From Escherichia phage E20: a stretch of DNA of 64,000 nt. Positions 27,690 through 37,900 of the stretch are shown piece by piece; within the stretch, counting starts at the first letter, position 1, and every line of letters starts with the position of its first letter. The position numbers and the translations under genes were made by a program. The notes beneath the pieces are model-generated. The model was given only the letters and a program-made list of their open reading frames with translations, did not search any database and was not told the origin of the DNA. The stretch lies in the sequence record OP745616, one strand, 5' to 3'.

Positions 27690-28190
27690 ATGTCAGAAGA
27701 AATTAAAGTTCACTTCACCAACTACATTGGAACCAAGTGTGTAAATGGTTTCAAGATGAACAAGGAAACATATTGCAAACTTCGTGGATGGGATGTGCCT
27801 GCTAATGAGGACCCGTTAGAAGTAGGTTACTTAGTAGAATACCCGGATTCTAAACCTAACCATGAGCAATTCCGTGGTTATATTAGCTGGTCACCAAGGG
27901 CTGCATTTGAAGCTGCATATTGTGATGTAGACAAAGGCTGCACGTTTGGTCATGCCGTAGAGCTTCTTAAAACAGGCTTCAAACTAGCCCGTAAAGGCTG
28001 GAACGGTAAGGGAATGTACATTGAGTATGTTGCCGCTGAAGAATGGAACAGCAGTAGCCTAGAGCGTCCAGGATTTGCCGATGAACTGAAGCCTCGACCG
28101 TGGATTGGTATCAAAACTGCTGATGACCAGTTTATGCCTTGGGTTCCTTCTCAATCGGATGTATTAGCCGAAGATTGGATAATTCTGTAG
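27690..28190 (+). CDS. DUF2829-domain protein (Tad2-like anti-Thoeris candidate) with extra N-terminal domain
   Basis: ORF frame 27354..28190; ATG 27690 with RBS gaggtag; C-terminal ~85 aa FGHAVELLKTGFKLARKGWNGKGMYIEY...PWIGIKTADDQFMPWVPSQSDVLAEDWIIL matches the DUF2829 consensus pattern as recalled. Confidence 0.5.
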   Translation: MSEEIKVHFTNYIGTKCVNGFKMNKETYCKLRGWDVPANEDPLEVGYLVEYPDSKPNHEQFRGYISWSPRAAFEAAYCDVDKGCTFGHAVELLKTGFKLARKGWNGKGMYIEYVAAEEWNSSSLERPGFADELKPRPWIGIKTADDQFMPWVPSQSDVLAEDWIIL

Positions 28191-28199
28191 GAAACTATT

Positions 28200-28478
28200 A
28201 TGACGCAAGTATCTATTACCTCTGTTGTTCGTGAAGCCATTCTCAACAATACAGTCCGTACTTATTCATTCGATGAAATCGCAGAGAAGCTGGGAGTAAC
28301 CCGTTACGTAGCTAAGAAACTTTACTTCTCTTTCCTGTGGTTCCCTACGGAAGAAACATTACAGAAGATAAAAGAGACTGGTAAATTACCTAGTGAAGGG
28401 CGTAAGTCTAAAATGTGGGAAACATATGACAAAATCATTAGCAGCACATCAAGTACGGGTACTAGTAGAAAGAGATAA
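28200..28478 (+). CDS. hypothetical protein (possible HTH)
   Basis: 92-aa ORF; segment FDEIAEKLGVTRYVAKKL is HTH-like. Confidence 0.35.
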   Translation: MTQVSITSVVREAILNNTVRTYSFDEIAEKLGVTRYVAKKLYFSFLWFPTEETLQKIKETGKLPSEGRKSKMWETYDKIISSTSSTGTSRKR

Positions 28479-28629
28479 TCTCAAAGAGAAGTATGAAGCT
28501 TTGGGTACTTTCTTACTCAGTCACAAGTCCCGTGAAATTGAGCCAGAAGATAAGTACCTACTTGGTTTACAGCATCAAGCTATGGGTTCTTATTTGTATG
28601 TTCTTAATAAGCGAATTGAAAGATTCTAG
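28438..28629 (+). CDS. hypothetical small protein
   Basis: ORF frame 28393..28629; ATG at 28438 (MTKSLAAHQVRVL); overlaps upstream gene in another frame; start uncertain. Confidence 0.3.
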   Translation, partial: LAAHQVRVLVERDNLKEKYEALGTFLLSHKSREIEPEDKYLLGLQHQAMGSYLYVLNKRIERF

Positions 28630-28636
28630 GAGCAGT

Positions 28637-28930
28637 ATGGAACTCTTTAAGAAAGGGCAGCTTATACCAAAGCGTATCGGTGGATTGCATGTCCATCGTA
28701 AAGCAAGACACCGTTTAGTCTTTGGTTGTGATGTACAAATTGATGGTAATAATTGGATTGCCATACCTGATACTGGTAACACAATGATTCACTGCAAGAA
28801 GTTAGGTATTCGTAGAAACAATGGTACTTATCAAAGTGTACATGCTGATTTTGTAGATATTCATTTTGAAGCTAACAAAATTGATTATGTAATCAAGACT
28901 GAACGAAAAATTCTTGTAGTTAAGAAATAA
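28637..28930 (+). CDS. hypothetical protein
   Basis: ATG 28637 preceded by aggagcag RBS within ORF frame 28493..28930; followed by strong terminator. Confidence 0.4.
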   Translation: MELFKKGQLIPKRIGGLHVHRKARHRLVFGCDVQIDGNNWIAIPDTGNTMIHCKKLGIRRNNGTYQSVHADFVDIHFEANKIDYVIKTERKILVVKK

Positions 28931-28936
28931 ATTAGA

Positions 28937-28967
28937 AGCCCCTCCTTTGAGGGGCTTTTTTATTTTA
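28937..28967. terminator. bidirectional terminator between convergent plus and minus blocks
   Basis: stem agcccct/aggggct flanked by A-run upstream and T-run downstream (ttttttatttt); sits between 28930 (+ stop) and 28965 (- stop). Confidence 0.55.
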
Positions 28968-31900
28968 GTTTACTAAGTTCATCCAAGGGTTCAGGTTGTG
29001 AGCACGAAGACCCTGACCAAAGCCCCAAGAGTAATCCAGACTACCCTTAGCAGCAATACTAAAGATGTTGTCCTGAATAGGTAAGCCAACGTTACCAAAC
29101 ATGGTAGGGGTTGGAGCCAGCATCGCCATTGCTGCATGAACCGGGTTGTTACGAATCATGGACACTGCAACCTTAGCTGAACGAATCTTAAAGTTGTAGA
29201 ACCACATCAAACCAACACTTTCCATATACCCACGGAAGCGACCTGGTAAACGGTCATAGTTAACGAACTCTTCCGTTACACGTCCCAGTGCTTCTTCACG
29301 AGTCTTACCTTTACGCTGAGTCAGTTCATCATAGATGATTGCTTTAGCGATGAAGTCGGAGTACTCAACAGTCTTCTGGATACCCTGGAACAAAGCAGTA
29401 TCCTTAGTGATAAGTGCATAACGACCAGCAGTACGTACAGACTTAGGTAATTTATCAGCCAGCTTTTCCATGTATTCGTGAAGTTTGCCCTCAGTAATCA
29501 AGATGTCATCACGACCAATACCAGCATCTGCAATTGAAGAGAACTCACCTGCTTCTAACAGAGGCCAGATACTCATACGCTTATGGCTATCAGTAATAGA
29601 CTGAATTTCAGCCTTAAGTTTACGAATCTGGTTCGGGTTAGTAGCTGCACGTAATTCTGCTTCTGCATCTACCTGACGCAGACGAGATTTAAGATACTGG
29701 TTAATCTCAGCAGTTTTCTGTGGAATGCTCTTAGCAATATTCTTAACAGGTACACCACGAGCAACCATCTGGTAAAGGTTAGCCAAGAAGTTAACAGCAG
29801 GTACGACTACTGACTTAACTACAATCAGCGTCTTAGCTTCTTTAACTAAGTTTTGAACCAGGTTCTCACCACCCATTGTGTACTTATAAGCACGGTTGCC
29901 AAATACACCCAGCATAGCTTTCTTGAAGGTATCCAATGTTTCCGGGGACCAACGAGAATTACCTGACCAGGCATCTCCAACGGAAGCTGCACGATAACCT
30001 AGTGCATCATTCAGCATGTCACGACGTACCCACAGTTCACCTTCACCGAACAAACTCTCTGCTTTCTGGCGTGTTTCACTATTCATCAGCTTAAGAGCAT
30101 CAGCAGTTACTGGGTCCAGTTTAGAACCAAGAAGGTTAACGTACTGGGACTTATTAGCAGAAGACATCTTAATGTCATTCTCATACATGCTATGCAGGTT
30201 CTCAATCAGCATATCGTTGAAACGCTGAGCCTTAGCTTCTTCCACCTGACGACCACGCCATACACCTATTGCACGGGCAAGATGGTTTTCACCTTCAATG
30301 TGTTTCAGCATGTTAGGGTCAATGGATTGTTCATAGGCAACCACATTACCTTTATCGTCATATACAGGCATCAGTGGTTCATTACCACGTTCCCCACGAG
30401 CCAATGCTTTAGTGATACGGTCTACGGAAGGCTTGTCAGTAATACGACCAGCTACCATGGAACCCATCGTAAAACCTGTGCCGATGTCTACACCACCAGC
30501 AGTATTGCGAACGTTTTGTAGGATACCCTGTGAGAAAGGAGCTTGTGCCTGTACCGGTGCAAAATAGTAGCTACGTGCTGGACCACGATTAGCGGAGCTA
30601 CCTTGATAAGTACCCAGACGTACATAGGACTTCTCAATCAAATCACCAAACTGACTATCTTCAGCAACAATCAGATTAACACCTTGTTTAGTCTCACTCG
30701 GGATATGTCCTTTGTACTGGTTCAAGGTTGCACGCATATCAGATTTGGCTTTAGCCATTTCATCTTTACGCTGACCAACCAGGTAAGAAGTAGCAAAATC
30801 CATTCCATCAACTTCTGATTGAGCCAGTGAAGATAACATCTCACGGTCGGACTTGTTCATTGCTTCCAGTGCATACAGGGTAATCAGCTTATCCAGTTGA
30901 GCTACATCTACAGTAGAACGAGCAGCCTGACGTTCGCCCAGCATACGGGAGATTGCAGTAGCATTACGCAGCAGGTTATTACCGACTGTACCGTTAATCA
31001 TGAACTGAGCCAGTTGCTTAGATTTACGACTAATCAGAGGCCAGTTACGGCCTGCTTGTTTCTGTAAATCTGCTTCCAGCTTATTCACTTCACGGTCAAC
31101 AATCTTCTGGTCAGACAGCAAGTCACGGATTTCAGCCAGAGACATGGTGTCACGCAGAACAGCCAAATCAGTTTTACCCATACCAGTGTGCATTGCTTTC
31201 CACTCATCGTTAGTCAGCTTACGGCTGAACTTAGATGCGATAGTGGTAGGCAGATGTTCACGGAACTGCTGACGATCTGCCTGCACCTGTGCACGCACTG
31301 CTTTAATCAAATCGTATACAGAAGCATTACTCTTAGTACGACCAGTTAAGTCATTAACCAGGTCATGGAAAGGTTGCCATACCTTACCCTGGTTCATTGC
31401 AGCCATAACACCTTCAGCTACGATTGCACCATTCTTCTCTGTAGCAATAGCAGCTATCAGTTGTGCAGCATGAGCAGCACCTTTGACCAATGGATTCTTG
31501 GTATTAGCTGCAACTTCACGAGCACTTTCTAAAGCACGGGTAGACAGTGCATCAATAGAATCCACCAGATACTGGTTAGAACGGTCAATAGCATTACCAC
31601 TAGGAGTAGCAACAGAATCATATAATGACTGTGCATTGAGGCTAGTCTGCATGATTGTTTGAGCCAGTGCATCCATACCTTCCTGTACGTTGGTAGCTTT
31701 AGTGTCACCTGCTACACGGGCATTCAAGCTAGACATTGCAGCAGTACCGATGTTAGTCAGCATTGCATCAATGGTATTCCCAGATTTCTTATCTGCTTTC
31801 ATAACAGGAATGTTAGCCAGTACGTTACGTACTTCTTCGCTTACCATTGCCAGACCAACAAAGGTAGGCAGTAAGGAAGAACGACCCTGTGCGTCAAACT

Positions 31901-34900
31901 CAATATTGTTAGCACCCATGATGGTATCGAACTTCTGCTGAGCATAGTAACGGTCAGCTGGGTTAGTGCTATCCGGGTCAGCCATGAATGCTTCAACTGT
32001 CAGGTTCTTAGTAACGTGTGCATAGTATTCCTGTGCCCGAGAAAGAGCAGCCGGACTAATAGCAGCTTCAATAGCCAAAGCAGCAACGATATTAGTGAAC
32101 AGGCGTTGTTCCTGCATATTCATAGTAAAGCCATGAGCCTGAACATCACGGGTTACTTTAGTTGCATTCACTACTGCATCAGAGAACTTACCTTTACGAA
32201 TTACTTGCTGTACTGGTTCAGAACCAATGTAGTTAGTAATCAGTTTGTCAAAAGTCTGTCCCAACTCTTCCAGACGGATATTGTCACCATACGCCTTGTT
32301 ATGGAACAAGGTAGTGTCTTTGGATACAGCAGCCGTAGGAGCCTGTCCACGCATAACTACAGAAGAGTTAAACAGCAAGCCGGAGAACATATCATCTGCA
32401 TTAGCAGGTGCTTTCTTACGACCAAATACCAGACGCTTGATTGCCTCATACACAGACTGAACCATAGTTTTCAATGCAGTGGTTTTCTTCTGCTTACCAA
32501 TCAGTTCACGGTTGGTTAAACCCCAAGCCATATACTCATTCAGTGCAGCAGCTTTAGCCATTGCAGGTTCAATAAAGCCATTAGACAAGTGACCGTTAAT
32601 GGTATTGAGAGCATCAGCATATGCTTCACGTACTGCCGGGGATTCATTCTTAACATCCAGAGTACGGAACTGGTTCATCAGGTCTTCAATATTCTGAACT
32701 GCTTCATTAGGAGTACCCTCATAGTGAGCCAGTACAGATTCAAAAGTAGAAGCATGTACTAATTCATGAACCAGAGTCTCTAAGGAAGGGGTAACTAAGT
32801 AGATGGTCTTATCATCAAAGTTAGTCCAGCCATATGCATTACCAGCTTCGGCAGCTTCAATATCTTCTGGTGCTGGGCGAGTAATGTTCTTCTCAATAGC
32901 ATAAGCATCCAGTTGAGCAGGAGTACCGTAAACAACCTTGTAGTCTTTAGCAGCAAGGGATTTCTGTACTTCTTTCAATACTGCTTGCTGTTCAGGAGAC
33001 ATCTCTTTAGCCAGCCTAGTGATAGCAGTATTGGACAGCATACGTACACCAGACTTCAGTACACGACCAACCTGTTCCATTGCTGGTACTTCTTTAACAG
33101 GTACTTCTTTCACTGGTTCTGCTTTAGCAGCACGTACTGCATCGCGACGCTTGTTTAATTCAGCATCAAACAGTTCGTTCAGCTTAGCTACTTGCTGGTC
33201 TACAGTCAGACCTTCCAGAGAGATTTTACCGTTGTTCACATAAGGAGCACCCACAGCAGCCATCTGATCAACAGTGGTCTGTACCTGGTTCATTACTTTG
33301 TGGCGAATATCTACACCCAGAGCAATGTTACGCAGGTTACGTTCAATAAGGTTAACACCGGAATTCTTAATCATATCAATCTTATACTGCCTGTCTCCCT
33401 CAACACGACTGATATGAGAAAGCTGTTCAAAATCCAAAGCAGAACGGGCAATGTCATCAATTGTCTTATCCGACAACTTATTAAAGTCTACGTTCTTCAT
33501 GAACTTAGAGAAGGAGTCATAAACATTCTTGATAGGATTACCCTGCCAAGAAGTATATACAGCCTCATTAGCTTTACGGCTTGCATCAGTGATGTCATTG
33601 ATACCAATGTTCATACCATCAAAGATTTTCAGGGTATTCTTCGGTGCACCTTTCATAGTAGAAAGGGTCTGCATCATCATGCCATCACCAGTACCAATGG
33701 TCATAAATGGAATACCTGCAACACCTGCTTGTGAAGGAGCATAGACGCTCATTGGCACACGCATACGGTCATCTAAGTTGGTAGCCAGTACTTGGTTAGC
33801 AACATCAGTATTCTCACTACCAGCAATGTAGAAAGTTTGTGAGCCAGTCTCAATCATTGGAGCCAGTGGAGATAATGATTCCTGGATTTCATTAAGTTCT
33901 TTCTGCGTTAAGAAATCGCCCTTCTTCCAGGTTGGGTCTTTTTCTTTTTCTGCTAGTTTAGCCTGTACTGCTTGTTGGAACATATCCTGCAATACTAAAG
34001 ACTGAATTTGAGTAGCCTTCTGCAAGTTCTCAGTGGAGTGCATCAGACCTTCACCAACAGTGAACCGGATACTTTGTCTCATTGGTTCAACGAAGAAGTG
34101 CAACATATTCTCTTGTAAGTTCTTAAGGGCATCACCAGATACAGTAAACTCCTGGGGATCTAACTCACCAGTCAGAGCACCATCTACCTCCTTAATAAAT
34201 AACTTACCTTTACGCTTGGCTGGAATTTTACCAGTCAGTGCTTCCATAGAAGTAAGGAAAGTATCCAGCATAGCCTGAGCATCCGCTTCAGACGCAGCCT
34301 CCTTACCAAACATTGCCATAGCTGGGGAAATGCTAGGGTCAGCAGCACGTGCTTGCAGAACGTCACTGAGGCGTTCATAGATGGTATCAGTAATTGCACT
34401 AACCATCTTGCCAGCAATACCACGAGCACCAGAACCATAGATGGTAATGGTCAGTGGGTTTTTAGCTATACCACGTTTCAGGTCCAGAGTACCGTCTTCA
34501 TTCAGGTTAAAGTCTTTAATGAACAGGTCCATTAACTTCTGGAGATGATTCATCTGGCTCATAATCGGAACGTTGTTACGGTAAGCACTACGTAATTCAT
34601 TTAGATAGAATTGCAAACTATTGGTAGATGCTTCATATAAGTCAATGCTGTCATCATATGAATGATGTTCATTCATAGTCTTACCGGCTTTACCGAAGAA
34701 CAAGCCACCCTTAGCAGTATTCTTAATCCAATTTTGGGTGAACTTACCACCAGTCATTAATACCATTGCGTTGATTGGGCCGTTGGTTACACCATCAGCT
34801 TCGACATACAGTGGGGTATTAAAGTTGGCACGGTCATCGCTGTTCAGGTAACGGGCATATTCCATCAGAGCCATGAGAGCTACAAAGGATTTGTTATCAC

Positions 34901-37900
34901 CCAGGGAGGACTTCAGAATATCTACTGCATCTGTGGGTAAGTAACCAGACTTATTAAATTCAACCATCATATCAACAGCAGGCTTCAGATTGCCTTCCAG
35001 AGCTTTGGTCAGATTTTCAGACATAGCTTCACGGGACATTTTATGTACCTTAATGCCTAATGCCTGAGCCAGTCCCAGCTGGAAGTCAGAGAACGCTTGG
35101 CTATTTTCATTACTCAGGTCAATAGTAGAGAAGGTTGGCAGAATTGCTTCACGAACCAGCTTACTGGATTGTGGGTTGTTCTTACCAAGCATCTGCATAC
35201 GACCTACTCGGGTCATGTTATAGCCATAGTGAATGGGGGTATCCAAACCATTCTCTTGTTCTTTTAGCTGATTAATTAAACCGAACAAGGAATCATATGC
35301 CATAGATACTGATAAGTTCTTACCTTCCAGTGATTTGGCATTGTTCTTATTCAGCAAATCGGGATTAAGAGTACCAGCACCCATTAGTTCCAGAATGCTG
35401 TCTCGACCCAATGCTTCATAGAAGTTAACCATCGGCATGTGTACACGGAACTCAGTAGCCTGTTCAGCTTTCAGTGCAGCTTTCTGTTCGGGGGTATTCT
35501 TAACAGCAGGATTACGTAACTGAGTTTGGGCCACGGAAGGAATGTCGTCACCAAAGTACATTTTCTCTTCCGGATTTACCAACACAGCTTCTTCAATTGC
35601 TGTAGGGAAATTATTAATAGGGTCTTTATCAGCCAACTTATTAATAGTGTACAGACCAATAGTCTTATTAGAGTCCGGGTCAATCTCAGACACATCCAGC
35701 ATAGTCTCTGTAACTGCACCCATCTCAATGAGGGAAGACAGAATCTCTGTAGCCATTGCCACTGGAATGCCTTTTGTATAACCCAGTGGTGCATTAGGGT
35801 TACGATTCAAACCCCAATAAGATTCAATCTTCTGAGCCAGTGAGCTAGTAGCTTCGACCAGGGTCTGGGCATTCTCAAATTCAGCCAGAATACTTTCTGG
35901 TAACAAGGATGCTTCTACTCCAGTAATGGCAGCTACGTCTTTTATGTCTTTAATGGCAGCATTCTGTGCAGCAGTCAGTCGCCATTGCAGACCAGCAAGC
36001 ACGGCAGTCTCTAACAACTGGTCATTGAACTTAAAGGTATCACCATCTTTTTCAACGATATTCAGCAGTTTGCCACCTACCCAACGGTTAGCTTCAGTAC
36101 CTTCTGCAAAACGTTTACCAACGTTCTTATTAGCAAGGAACTTAGCCAGTCGTTCAGACAGAGTAGTCTTCAGTGTTTCCCCAAAGTCCATCAAATCTTG
36201 GTAACGTTCTAACACATCACCCGTGAGAGCGTTATTTTCTTTTTGAGTGAATGCTTCAAAGCGAGCAGCAGAAGACAGTGCTTGCTTAATATCAGCTAAA
36301 GGAGATTCAGAACCAATGGTACGGGACTTGGGTTCTTCTGGCAGGGTAAATGCTTTCAGGAACTGGTTCGGTGTCTTTTCATTGTTATAGACAGGGAACA
36401 CTGTTTCCATCTCAGAAAGAGGTTTGCCACCTACTGTATAATCTGCTTTTAGCTGAGCCAGCGATACTTCATCTTTCTCCACGTTGTTAGTGTTACGGCC
36501 AGAGGTATCTACACCAACCAGAATCTGTGCATTATTGGCTTCAACGAAAGATTGAACAGTATTGAATTGTTCAGCGGTCAGCTTTTGATTATCAAACAGT
36601 TGTAGGGACACAAACGGTTGTTCACTGCCTTTATAGAAAGTAGAGCGAATAGAACCAGTATCCAAAGACATATCACGATAGCCATCATGCCCAAATACGT
36701 CAGACAGGCTGATATGGTCGCCATTAGAACCAACCACAGTACCATCAGCAAACAACCACGGACTCTCTCTACGGTCACCACTCTTATTAAGAGTTTCCTG
36801 TGAAATGGTATTTTCTTTCACATAAGCATCTCTTTCAGATTCAGTAGGTTGCTCAATGGTATCCTCATTAGTGAGGGTAGCATCTACTGTTTCAGGCTTA
36901 GTAGTAGAAACTTCTTCTGTTTTTGGGCTAGTCTCCTTAGTAGGAGCAGTCTTATTTTCTACCACTGGTTTAGCTTTAGGCTGTACAGTAGTAGTGTCCT
37001 CTTGCACTGGTGCAGGAGTTTCATCAACCTGATTCACTGGTTCATTAGTCTGTTGAGACTGAGTGGCATCAAGACCACCTTGACGGAACTCTTTAACTAC
37101 CTGGGCAGCAGGCTTGTTCAGACGTGAATCCAACGAGGTAACTTTCACATGAGAAACATTAAGCTCCGGGTAAGCCGTAGCAAGTGCATTAGCAATATCA
37201 GCTACGGTCTTGGCTTCCAGTCCTACTTGCTGGGCAAACTTAACAGACTTGGTATCATACGGATTGACACCGAGGCCAGTACGACTACGTACCCATTCAC
37301 GGGAAGGCGAGAGAGCCTGATAATGAACAGACTTATTCTTATCCGCATTCCCCGAAATCAGATGCTCATTCAACGCTCCGACCTTATTCTGCATGTGCTG
37401 GGCGAACTTCATAAAGTCGCTCAGATAAGCGGAGGCCAAATCGAAGTTACCAGAGTTATACGCAGAACGAATGCGTTTCGCATGTTGCAACGCAGAGTAC
37501 TGTCCTTCATTAGAACGAGACTCATCGGTTTTAATCTGTTTACTAACAATGTCTTGAGGACGTAAGCCTAGTTCTTCTGCTTTAGCGTCGAACTCACGTG
37601 CACCCTGTAACAAGGCAGCAGCAGATTGCAGGGCAGCACGTTGACGATTCCCTAATGTAATCTTACCTTCACTCGCATGTTTCAGAATCATGTTAACTGA
37701 ATCTGCATCCAGTACTTCTGGAGACACATCAGCAGCCATAGCAATATTGTTTGCTTGGGCTTGATTAGCTTCTTCAGTAGCTTTCAGCTTACCTGCTTCA
37801 GCCTGTTCCTGAATCATGGAATGGATGGCACGGAATGCACGAAGTACTTTAGGGGTATTCTGTACGTTAGCCATCAGGCCAGAGAACTGGTCTACGATTG

